From Eledone cirrhosa (taxonomy: Eukaryota): a stretch of 64,000 bases of DNA. The notes beneath the pieces were generated by a model. That model had not been told where the DNA came from. It was given only the letters and a program-made list of their open reading frames with translations, and searched no databases. The DNA lies in NCBI GenBank assembly GCA_964016885.1, contig OZ024742.1:122202001-122266000 (forward strand). Reading direction: 5' to 3'. The translations under genes and the position numbers were made by a program. The first letter of the stretch is position 1. Every line of letters begins with the position of its first letter. Positions 1 to 11,253 of this stretch are shown in pieces.

Positions 1-1419
1 TTGCTCGTGAGAGAGTTAGTTACATATATTGATAGAGAGGGAAGAGAGTTAGTTACATATATTGAGAGAGGGTGTAGAAAAAAGTTATGTATATAATGAG
101 AGAAAGAGTGTTACTATGAACAAATATTTCTTGGACATATAATATTCAATATTGCATATAACACATTGTTTTATCTATATCCTAAGAAAGTCTCACTGAA
201 TAGATAATATTCCTCCGTTGTTTCATAATTATCCAAAACCGGCGCTGGAAAGAATAATTAATTGACAAATATCTTAAATTACTATGATACACAGCATCAA
301 AATAAATATAAGCTAGTTAGGATTATGCAAATTAATGGATATTTTCTTTGTATGCTTATCTGTGTGACATCCAAACATGCAATATCAGAAACATGAAATT
401 TACAAAAGGCGATATGTTTACAAAATGTTTTATTAAATCGAAATACATTGCTGATTATGTTTGATTAGAGTACTCAAGAAAAAATAATCTCAAGGCAAAT
501 CTTAGTTCTCAAAGAAAATTCAATTTTGCCTCAATCATGACAAACATTTTAATGATTACGTAGATGGGGTCATAAGCAGCAAGCTTCACATTTTGCGATT
601 GAACATAACAATATTCAAATTGGCAATTTCGTAAACCAAGTCTTCTCAACGTATTTATAACAATGTTTTTTCAAAACAACATCTAAACATTGCCAAATAT
701 TACTAAAGGTTCATCATTAGCGTTGACAAAGCATTCACATGGGATATTGGGACATATTTTGACAAGTCAGGCTTCTACCTGCGACTGGTAACATGTAAAT
801 CAGCACAACGTATTTCAAAGTCGAGTGGACGGTGACTAACAGACCAGGGTCTGATGAGAAGTGAAAGTGAAACCCCTGTAGCACACAAATTAAGAGCTGT
901 TTAAAGGGCGGATGAACTCGCCAGTGTCAATCGCTATCTACACCAACTATGTGCTAAACCCGCAATTGCCTAATCCTGGTAAGTACCGCTACATCTCAGA
1001 ATGTTAATTTGTAAAACTAGGAAGGGAACCTCTAGGTGTATATATTATATTACGGCAATTAATGTTGAAGGATTATCATAAAATAAGAGTGAGACGGCGC
1101 ATACATTTTATTTTTCCAATACAAAAGACATCTTTAGTAACGCGGCCATTATAAGACTAAAAAGTAATTATTAAAACTATTTTCAACAGAATCCCGTAAT
1201 CACAACATTGTTCGTGGAGGGTAATCCATTAATTGACATGGGACTAGGCAGGATTAGAATGCAGAATTAAAAAAGAATGTAACTAGATGCTGCAGACCAT
1301 TCAGTTCAACCTACTACCGATTAAGTTATTTATCTGCAGGCTTTGAGTGTTACTATCATTACCACAATGTCACACACCGAACACATACTTGATACTTAAT
1401 GTGATTGCCTATTACCGTC

Positions 1420-1742
1420 ACTGTTGGTGGACTTGTAGGGCTGCTGTATGCCATACGTCGTTTCCTGGGCATTTTACAACTTGGCAGGGCCCATTTCCTC
1501 TCCTGGTTTGAATACAGCAGATTTCATGTAAAGAAGGATACAAAGTGAGAGAACAGAATTGACAAAGAAATATAGAGGAAGAATCAACCCCAGTACTAGA
1601 CTAGTACTTTTTCTTATCAACCTCGAATGGATGAAAGGCAAAGTTGACCTCGGTGGAAAATGAAATCAGAGACCAGCGAGCCGAAACAGTACCTCAAACC
1701 AATGTTTCCGACGTTCTAATAACTCTGGTAATTCACCGTCTT
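1420..1742 (-). mobile_element. tRNA-derived SINE, long-tailed variant of the dominant SINE family
   Basis: Contains GGATGAAAGGCAAAGTTGACCTCGGTGG, the reverse complement of the core that recurs in many copies (e.g. 47822-48220 on +); head ends ...AATTCACCGTCTT. Confidence 0.75.
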
Positions 1743-4363
1743 GATACCTATAGTATCGACCTCAAAACATAATCACGTCAACCTAAATAATGTCCTTTGC
1801 TACAATTCTGCAATGGAATAGTGTGCATGGTATGGAAATGAAAAAGAAACGATGCCTTTGAAATCGGTATGATTATCATTGTTCTTACGAAACATAATCT
1901 CATATATAGCCTTCCATCATACGCATTAATTAACCAATATTACATCGCACAAGATCAACTTATGAACAGATCTAGTTTACATTTTCACCCATATATTCGT
2001 TTAAGTGTTACTACATCTTTCTACAATACAAATTTCTATCTTATTCCATCATAATACATTCATTTTGTATTTAGGTTAAATCCTTTTATTTATTTTTAGG
2101 TTAAACCCTTTAAACTGTCATGAAAGTGGTTGCTCGAATATGTTATTTCTTTGAATTGGTAAAATGCCATTTATTGTTGGGAAGATGTCTAGTATTTTAA
2201 ATGCACATCTGAGACATTAAAGGAAAGAGGACACAAACGGGTTTTCTAAAGGTAAAATAAAGGATAAAAGGAAATACTAGCGGGTATTAATTTCAGAACT
2301 GCGCAATGTTCACCAACTCGCTGGTTAAATAATTGGGATTATCAAATAGCTGAAACTGTTTATATCAAAACCAAACTTAAATGTAACGGCACATAGCTCC
2401 AAAATGTTATATGTTGATAATATATCATACTATATTTAAGAAAAGAAAACAGTACGTAATCTAAACTACCTTTATGAGTAAAAAGAGCAACAATGTTAAA
2501 TATTTATTATGGAAAAGTGGCAAAACAACCCAATAAAGCGGAAAACATCGAAATTCAATGACTAAACGTGTTGACAGTCTATGGTCTCTCCTGGCACGTA
2601 TAAATCTACAATAAAATGTCAGATAAAAATTGACAGCAGCATTGAAAAGATGAACGATTCATAAATTCACAAACCCATGTTTTGTTAATTTTGCAATAAA
2701 TTCTTAATGTAAATACACAGTGAAGCATACTATTTTATGTACCGGATATACTAATAAAGTTATTACACTGTAAAAATTTGCTTCAGTGTTTGACATGTTT
2801 TCCTTGTTCTCCCAAATCTTATATAGATTGATAGTTTTATTATCGGTGGGCAGGAAAAATTAATAAAATCAAATTTAATAGTATGTTTAGTAGCCGTAAT
2901 ATATAGATTGTGATATGTGGACTAATGCCAGAATTTACTGGATTGCGAAACTGAAAGCTATTCACGTATTTAAAGAAAAATGATTCTAGTAAAGTCTTTA
3001 ATCACACACACACGCGCGCGCGAACATACACATACCTACATACACCTACACGCACACATACACTCATACACATACGTACACACGCACACACATACTAGAA
3101 ATATATAAGTGAAGCAATATATATACGGTTTTACTTTGAGACGGGTTGTAAAATTTGATTTCATAAATGAAGAGAAAGTGATATAATACACACATATATA
3201 AGCAATATATATATATATATAAGAAAGTAAGTCCATAGAATCATTTGATAAAATATATACAGTATTTCTTCTCCCAATCAGCATAATCAGCCACACAAAA
3301 AAATCAATTAAACGAGGCTATAAGTTTAAAATATACCTATGAAGAAGCAATAGATAAATAAATGATAACTATTTTATCCGCGATCAACAGTCACAGATTT
3401 ACCTAGTATTTCTAATAGCCCGTAGAAATTGACTCATAAAATATATACATATATAATTCTAATTTTTTTAAAATTTAAATTTAAATTTTAATTGTAATTT
3501 TAATGTTAATAATGTTTAATTCTTTATTTTTTATTTCTTTATTTTTTTTATTTCTTTAATTTTTTTATTTCTTTAATCTTTTTATCTGTTTTAAAAATTA
3601 CTTATCATAAATTGTTTTAAAAACATTTTCTCAAATTTTTAATATTTTTTCAATAGTTTTAATTAGATTTATAACCACTAACTGATTCTGGCTAAATATA
3701 TCTTTCAACATTTATACTTATTTCGACTAAATAGTGTCATACTAACGAATAAATAAACTGAATTGGAGTTTTTCCGTATCTTCCCCTTTTAAAATATATA
3801 AATATAAATGTTCTTATTAACTCAGTTAATTTAATTTAATTTAACTTAATATTTACTTACATTAAATACAAAACCAATATCCCTCATAACTCATTAAAAC
3901 AATTATCTGTAATATGATATACCCATCTATTCATTTATTTATATATTTATATATTTATTTATTTGTTTATTTATTTATTTATTTATTTATTTATCTACTT
4001 ATAACAGAAAATATTATATTAGAAACGAATTTTAAACAACTAGGAATCGTAAATACACGTACTTAGAATATATTTCCCCCAAAGTAACGTTATGTGAGTT
4101 TTATTCATCCTCTCTTGTCTATCTCTCTATCTCTCTCGTAATATTTTTTTATCTTTATCCCCTTATATCTTTATATCTTTTCCCTCTCTCTTTCTCCAGT
4201 GTCATTTAATTAAACGGTTGTTTTTCAATTATTTACATATACATTTGCATATTCACACATAAGTTTGAATAATCCCTAATATATTTTCCACTATCCAGTG
4301 AATTTCCAACCGATAAGGTATGATTTTCATGGGTTGGTCTCTATTTATAAAACAAACTTTGTA

Positions 4364-4421
4364 TTTATTTGATGAAAGCGTACCAACGTTGTCTTGGTAC
4401 TCTTGAAATATATATAATAAA
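4364..4421 (+). ncRNA. Minimal type-I hammerhead-like motif (core TTGATGA, probably decayed) in a PLE pLTR remnant
   Basis: TTTAT-TTGATGA-AAG.GTACCAA/TTGGTAC.CTT-GAAATATATATA-ATAAA. Homologous, with its downstream flank, to 63810-63868(-), which has the canonical CTGATGA. Confidence 0.7.
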
Positions 4422-4560
4422 ATAAATATGGTTTTATAAATATAGTTTCCATTTATTTAATATCATTGAATATTAACTCCAGTTTTACTGTTGAGTGCTC
4501 TAAATCAGTTATAAGCATTTATGTTTGTAGGACTTCCAACAAAATTAAATACCACTTCTA

Positions 4561-4634
<74 letters not shown>

Positions 4635-4754
4635 ATATAAATGAAGCAAATATACATATGGCTTCACATTAGAGACGTGTTATAAACTTTTATTTCATAA
4701 TTGAAGAGAAAGTGACACACACACACAGACGCACACACACACACACACACACGT

Positions 4755-4809
<55 letters not shown>

Positions 4810-5103
4810 GTTTTCGCTATAACATAGCGGATACGTAAAAGCATTCACTCAAGAATGCATATAATTTATATATATATATATATAAATTATATGCATAAAA
4901 TTATATATATATATACATATATACATATATATATATATAGATAGATAAATATACACGGCTGTGTATGATTGTGTATAGAAGATTATATTAATAAGAGGAA
5001 TTCCAACTTTGTCTGATTTACTCGTTTTATTTACAATCCTTTAAAATTTATAATCGTATTATAATGAAATAGTATGATAGAATATTAAATTCTAAGTGTT
5101 AAT

Positions 5104-5142
5104 TGAACAAGTACATTCATGCTTTCGCAATCTTCAGGTTCA
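5104..5142 (-). ncRNA. Hammerhead motif of the PLE 3' pLTR (GAAA->GAAT mutation)
   Basis: Minus strand TGAAC-CTGAAGA-T-TGC GAAA GCA-T-GAAT GTAC TT-GTTCA: perfect 5-bp stem I, GNRA-capped stem II, palindromic stem III. Confidence 0.8.
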
Positions 5143-5539
5143 TAATGTGTGGTGACAGTCAAGTTTGCAATTTTCAACTGGAATGAGATGGGTAGATTTT
5201 GTACCTTATATACAGTGAAAAGTGGCTCCAGAATGCTAAATCTTGCAAACTGTATTTCGACCAATCGGTGTGTAGTTTCACTGAATTACTAAAGCTGATT
5301 GGTTTAAGCGTCACGGCTGTTTGAGCATGTCTAACGACCACTAATTAATCCTATCCAAAGCATCAATTGTTTTGCTATTTTTAGAAATGATGAAAATAAC
5401 ATTTTCTAGTAATCATCACCATCAACATCACTTTTATTATTATTATTATTGTTGTTGTTGTTGTTGTAGTCGTTGTTAGTGGTCGTAGTCGACATGGTCG
5501 TAGTCATAGTCATAGTAGAAGTAATACCCCTAAGCGTTA

Positions 5540-6715
5540 TTATTGTTCATTTAGCTTGGGTTTGAATTTATCAATAAAATTCTTTTCTTTGATTTTTCTT
5601 TTGATTTCACTTGGGCTGTGTAATTTGTAGAATGGGAATATTATAAATATTCCCTGACCACATGTGGCTAGATGGTTACTTAGGGGTATCTGACGGACAT
5701 TTGTGTCTCTGATTTGCTGACGTTGTACCCGTGCATGTTCCGATAGTGCATTTCCAGTTTGACCGACATATAGTTCTTCACAATTCGGGCATTTAATGCA
5801 GTAAATTAGATTTCTGCTTTTGCAGTTCATATTTGCATTTGGGAATATTTTTCCAGTTTTTGTTTTCATATATTGACCGGCGTGTATGGATTGACATGTG
5901 CCGCATCGACTATCATTGCATTTAGATACAGTGAATGATTGGTCTTTGTTGTTAAGGTCAAACTTTGCTTTTGTTAGTAATTGCTTCGAATTTTTTGGCT
6001 GTCTTTTACTTAGAGTCAAAGATCGATCTGTGATTAAGCCTTTTAATTCATTACTTTGAGCAATGATCGGTAGGTTTACTTTGGTAGTGTTGAAGATATT
6101 CTGGTGACATGGGTTGTGTGTCATTATAAATGGTATGACCAATTCTTGGTTTCTTCTTCCTTGGGTTGTCCTAAGTTGTTGTATAGGTATTTTTATAACC
6201 CGCTGTATGCCATTTTCTATAAGTAGAGATGGGTATTTTTGTTTGAGCAAAAATTCTCTTAGTTCTGTTAGGCGTTTGTACCTGGTATTTGTATCTTCTA
6301 CAATGGTACACATTCTTCTGGCTAGGCAGTATGGGATGTTGCGTTTTGTATGAGGTGGATGGCACGACTTAAAATTCAGATATTGATGGGTGTCTGTGTG
6401 TTTATAATATATATCCGTGGTAATGGTGGTGTCGTTTTTGATTATCATTATATCTAGGAATGGTAATTTGGTCCTACTCATCACTTTTGTGAATTGGAGA
6501 GATGGGTGTAGGTTATTCAGGAGGATATTGAACTCATCCAGAGTATCTAGAGATTCTGTCCAGATGATGAAACAGTCGTCAAGGTATCTCTTCCAAGATT
6601 TTTCAATGTACTTTCTAAAGTCAGTACTATATTTTTCCTCTATTTCTTGGTAGAGTTGTTGTTCTAAGTATCCCATTGCAGAGTTCGCGTAAACGGGAGC
6701 AAACTTCGTTCCCAT
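5540..6715 (-). CDS. PLE reverse transcriptase (C-terminal part) + GIY-YIG endonuclease; upstream RT continues in a disrupted frame to ~6941
   Basis: 391-aa ORF with YLDD, thumb motif YYKHTDTHQYLNFKSCHP, GIY-YIG and terminal FKPKLN. Confidence 0.9.
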   Translation of the reverse strand: MGTKFAPVYANSAMGYLEQQLYQEIEEKYSTDFRKYIEKSWKRYLDDCFIIWTESLDTLDEFNILLNNLHPSLQFTKVMSRTKLPFLDIMIIKNDTTITTDIYYKHTDTHQYLNFKSCHPPHTKRNIPYCLARRMCTIVEDTNTRYKRLTELREFLLKQKYPSLLIENGIQRVIKIPIQQLRTTQGRRNQELVIPFIMTHNPCHQNIFNTTKVNLPIIAQSNELKGLITDRSLTLSKRQPKNSKQLLTKAKFDLNNKDQSFTVSKCNDSRCGTCQSIHAGQYMKTKTGKIFPNANMNCKSRNLIYCIKCPNCEELYVGQTGNALSEHARVQRQQIRDTNVRQIPLSNHLATCGQGIFIIFPFYKLHSPSEIKRKIKEKNFIDKFKPKLNEQ

Positions 6716-6941
6716 CGCTGTGCCTCTAATTTGGATGTAATTCGTTCCATTGAAGAAGAAAGTGTTGTTTTCCAGAATAAGTTTAACTGCGTCTAATATA
6801 AATGGCGCTGTGATCTGATGGGAATCACTTCTCTATGTTTTTCCACCCAGTATTTAACCGCCTTTATTCCTAAATCATGTGTATTGTTGGTGTAAAGGCT
6901 TACCACATCAAAACTAAGTAGAAGTGAATTCGTTTCCGTCG

Positions 6942-7589
6942 ACCTAGCTGTGTGTGATTACACAATTTACAAATTATCCCCTGTGATTGTTCATGTGTTT
7001 ATTTTAAATATATATATATATGTCAATCAATTTCTGGTTGATATAAAATGCTCGGATCTATTTAGAGGAATATTTGAGCTTATTCTACAGTGGATATACC
7101 GCATGTCTAGGACATGACTCCTTTAATTTAATTTAACTAAATTTATTTCGGATATATAAACGGCTCCTTATTTGTAGAGCTAAATCGGTTGAAAGGACTT
7201 GGCTGCTATTTATAGCTGTCGACCACCCTATTTACACCAACGGGAAGACGCTAGCATGTTGTTAGTAGTTTTAGAATTGCATCACGTGCGAAGGGTCACT
7301 CGCATGTTCGCATTTGATACGTAAACACAGAGAGTTATTTCTTCCTCCTTGCTGATGATCTAAGATTTAACTACTGTGACTTTACGGATTTTTAGTGATA
7401 TATATTTCTTTAATGAAATATATACAAAGAGGATTAATCATTTTTTAGAAGGTAATATTTGAAGATATAGTTAAACTTTAATTAGTTACCTACCTAGCTG
7501 TGTGTGATTACACACTTTACAAATTATCCCCTGTGATTGTTTCATGTGTTTACTTTAAATATATATATTTATGTCAATCAATTTCTAAT

Positions 7590-7595
<6 letters not shown>
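6942..7595 (+). mobile_element. Non-coding 550-bp hammerhead-containing unit, ~1.2 tandem copies (retrozyme candidate)
   Basis: ACCTAGCTGTGTGTGATTACAC... occurs at 6942 and again at 7492 (~105-bp direct repeat, period 550). HHR at 7343-7433. Homologous to 61580-62535. Confidence 0.7.
7343..7433 (+). ncRNA. Type-I hammerhead of the 550-nt unit
   Basis: Stem I TCCTCCTTG/CAAAGAGGA (8 of 9 pairs), CTGATGA at 7352-7358, GAAATATATA at 7415-7424. Homologues have CTCCTTTG/CAAAGGAG. Confidence 0.7.
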
Positions 7596-7635
<40 letters not shown>

Positions 7636-7637
<2 letters not shown>

Positions 7638-8120
7638 CGGAGGAATTGTGGTAAGGAACCAGATGGACCATAACGCACCAGAGTACTCAATACTAGAATA
7701 GAGTGGGTAATAGGAAAAGGTATGACCCCGACGGCATACCTCAAGCCGTTTCGACGGGTATTTCTGGACTAAATTAGAAATGTTTAGCCTGGTAAATAAA
7801 TAGCCGAACTTGTCTAGGGGTATTTCCTTATATGGGAAGATTGTAGTTGCCAAGAGAATTGGTCAAAATGTGTTGTAAACACAAATAAATCTATTATGGC
7901 ATTTACTTCAGCCACCCCTACCTCCCACCAAATGCCATGATAGATTTATTTGTGTTTACAACAAATTTTGACCAATCCTCTTGGCAACTACAATCTTCCC
8001 ATATAAGGAAATACCCCTTGACAAGTTCGGGTCATTTATTTACCAGACTAAAAATGTCTAATTTAGTTCAGAAATAACCGTCGAAATGGCTTGAGCTCTG
8101 CCATTGGGGTCATACCTTTT

Positions 8121-8124
<4 letters not shown>
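7636..8124. repeat. Fold-back pLTR-like module: ~195-bp inverted arms (7711-7904 / 7930-8124), HHR motif in each arm
   Basis: TAGGAAAAGGTATGACCCC...ATGGCATTT vs AAATGCCAT...GGGGTCATACCTTTTCCTA; bounded by (TA)n. A short relative lies at 16791-16892. Confidence 0.85.
8013..8110 (+). ncRNA. Hammerhead with U3:A8 core and long stem II
   Basis: ACCCC-TTGACAA-G...C-GAAA-TGGC(loop)GCCA-TT-GGGGT. The mirror copy 7725-7821(-) has GAAACGGC...GCCGTC-GGGGT but core TAGACAA. Confidence 0.6.
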
Positions 8125-8172
<48 letters not shown>

Positions 8173-8174
8173 TA

Positions 8175-8741
8175 TTTCGTTTCTGAATTTGTTTACCAAG
8201 ATTCTTTATGTGAAAACGTGTGTTGAAACCGATATTGTTATACTTTGGGAGGGTCAAGTTGTCAATAAGAAACACACGCACCAGTCGCTTTCACTCCAAT
8301 TTATTACAAATTAAATTTAAGAATTTATAAATTTCCGGTTGGTTGGTTCCACAACCGGACGGTTGTTCATATATTTTAAAAGTTCTTTCGTCACACATTC
8401 TGTGACCTCTTCAGTGACTGAGGATTCTTCTCTTTGTTTTGTGTCTCTCCTTTGTTCTGTCCTACGCCATCATGTTTTTGTGTGTGTTGTGTGTTTCGTT
8501 TGCACATGTGTTACATCCGGGTGTCTGTGTGTGTTTTTATTTGTTTATTTATCTGTTTATTTATATGTTACTGGTTGGTTGTTTGTTCTATGTGTGTGTG
8601 TTTTCATTTTGTCCAACCAACCAACCAACCGGAAATTTATAAATTCTTAAATTTATAAATTTAATTTATAATAAATTGGAGTGAAAGCAACTGGTGCGTG
8701 TGTTTCCTATTGGCAACATGACCCTGCCAAAGTATAACAAC
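8175..8741 (-). mobile_element. Solo pLTR of the PLE family at 16953-19562, with an inverted partial copy (8234-8348 / 8613-8740) and a decayed HHR at ~8375-8419
   Basis: Closely similar to 16953-17425. CTGAAGA-G-GTCACA/TGTGAC-GAAAG is retained but the 3' strand of stem I is lost. Confidence 0.85.
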
Positions 8742-8943
8742 ATATAAATATAGATATATATAAATATATATATATATGAATATTTATTTATTCCGATTGA
8801 AATCTATTGCAACTGATAGTCTTATAGCCGAGCAGATTATAACCGATTAAGACCCCAAGTTAATTATTTAGGCAACACATGTTAAGTATGATTGTGAATA
8901 ACATATGCTGAACTGAGACTTCGATCTCTCTCCTCCTTCTCTA

Positions 8944-8998
<55 letters not shown>

Positions 8999-10614
8999 TT
9001 AGACACACTCATGCGCGCACCGCCCACATATATATAAAGCTCCAAAGCTTATTTAGAAGGTCATAGATATGTTCTCCCATAATGTATATAAATAACTGAA
9101 TAGATATAATTCCTATATATCTGAAAGAGTTAGAAAAACTTTTGTAATAAATTAAGACAAAAGGTGTCAAAACATTTTAGATTATGCTTTATTTCGTAGA
9201 AACGATCTTATATTTTAAATGTTTTTAATGTAAGTTTGTATTGTGTTTTCCTATAATTTATTACACCTTTTGTTCTTAGAATATATTTCCTAACTTTTAC
9301 TGAAGTTTGATTTATTGTTATTCATTTCTTTTGACTCGGAACAAAGAGTAAAACCAATTTTTACAAGGGAACATAGTCGCTTCAATCGATTCAGTAGTGT
9401 ATATTGTTGCTGCTTTTCATAGCAACCATGATGGATAAAATGGCAATATCGACTGACTTGGACGGGATTAGAATCCAGATCAGAGAGCAAGAACGAAAAC
9501 CAGAAAGCACTCTATCAGACGCTTTAACAACTCTGCCATTCGCCGCCTGAAGATAATGGATAAGGAAAACCAAATACTAAAATCTATTCTGTCTGACACA
9601 TTACTCTTTCTAGAATCTCATCTACTATTTGATGTCAGATATCTTTGAGACAACTTCTATAAATTAAATGAACTTCTGTCTATACTGGGTCATGGTTCTC
9701 TTTCAATGCCTATTGCATAACTTGTACATAGCCTTTGAATGTGATAAATTGTCAATGCCATCAATCTCCCCTGTTTCAAATGGCGTAGGATGATCATTGA
9801 CAATTTTTCTTTAAAAAGAAAACAGAGCCGTTCGAGCACCAGACAAAAAATGTGCGGGAATTAGTTAATCGAATTTATGTTCTAGTTACGTATTCAGCTG
9901 AGATCAACTTCGCTACTCATCCGCTTAAATTCGATAAATTAATCTAGTTGTCAATTGGTCGGATCGATTTAATCGACTAAAACAGGGGTAGAGAGAGACT
10001 ATCGATGATCATTTGAACGAATCTTCTTAGTACTACTCCGTAGATAAAAATGTAAGCCACATGCAGCCACAATACTCATTTGAAGAGCAGCAAACGTAAA
10101 TAATTACTAATTTACAAAACAAGATAACAATGGAACTATCCTACAATCTCTTAATGGAAAGGACATATAATGTGTCCATTATCGTCCCTGATATGGTAGC
10201 ATTTAGCCAGTGTTCAGATAGTGGCTATGCACCAAATTCAAATCCGATTTATTATAGAATAAATTCAACAGTATCACTGAAACCGATTTTAAGACAAACC
10301 ATCTTTAAAACACATATTAGGGATAACGCAAATGAAAAATTGTCAATAACGAAACAAATAACAGCAACAAAATAATTCTTTACATATATTTGCATAAAAT
10401 CAATAATTTACTTCTTTAAATCACATGGTTTCGCAAAAATTCGTAACACCTACTATATTAACTTGTATATCTAAAAGCATAGGAATGATTTTACATAGTC
10501 GTCTTCAAATTTCGGGTAAGGCTAATGATAGCCAGGCGATATTACAACTATATTTCCAAAGAGTAATTGTTTACACTGTATCTACTTACGTACACGCATA
10601 TGGTCATGCACACA

Positions 10615-10694
<80 letters not shown>

Positions 10695-11029
10695 TCGTAT
10701 ATATATATTTCTCTCTGCGCGTATCGTTCTATATATACTTATGAAAAACGGAGGAGCAACTGAATGACACTCATCTTAATATGACATTTATCTAAGTTAA
10801 TATTAAGCTTATTTATGTTTTGAACACCAGCGATCCAATTAGAAATGCCGTGAGAATATGTAGCATTAAATCAATGGCTATTATTGTCGTAATCTGTGTT
10901 CAAATTCCGCCATGGTTAGTTTTTCCTGTCCACTTTACGGAGTCGATAAATGAAACTACCAGTAACACACTAGGCTGAATTTAATAGACTTACCCCATAT
11001 CCAAATTTGAGGCCTTGTCAGAAATAATT

Positions 11030-11253
11030 AAGGGCAGAGGAATGGTAGAATCGAATCAGTAGATCGTCGGACAAAATGCTTTGCGGCATAGAGTTTCGGC
11101 CTTTACGTTCTGAATTGAAATCCCACGAGGTTAGCATTGCCTTTCATCATTACGAGGTCGATAAAATAAAGTATGAGTAACATACAGGGTTCTATACCAT
11201 CAATGCTCCCTTCTCACAAATTGTTGACATTGTGCCTAAATTAGAAACCATTA
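11030..11253 (+). mobile_element. tRNA-derived SINE (more degenerate copies at ~9460-9550, 9820-9980, 10845-11020)
   Basis: Head ...GGTAGAATCG...GTTCTGAATTGAAATCCC, core TTGCCTTTCATC...GGTCGATAAAATAAAGTA, tail TTGTGCCTAAATTAGAAACCATTA. Confidence 0.8.

Larger units (their letters stand above)
4955..6941 (-). mobile_element. Penelope-like element, 5'-truncated, Neptune-like
   Basis: RT motifs SFDVVSLYTN (~6890-6920), MGTKFAP and RYLDDCF. Cys-rich linker (CNDSRCGTC) followed by GIY-YIG (LIYCIKCPNCEELYVGQTG). HHR in the 3' non-coding part. Confidence 0.9.

Noticed and set aside
845-878. CAGGGT-CTGATGA-GAAGTGAAAGT-GAAAC-CCCTG hammerhead look-alike
   Set aside because: Stem II cannot pair and there is no stem III or NUH cleavage triplet.
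3335-3400. ATGAAGA-AGC..GATAAA/TTTATC.GC-GATCAACAGTC possible hammerhead
   Set aside because: Both core halves deviate. It may be a very old relic but cannot be supported.
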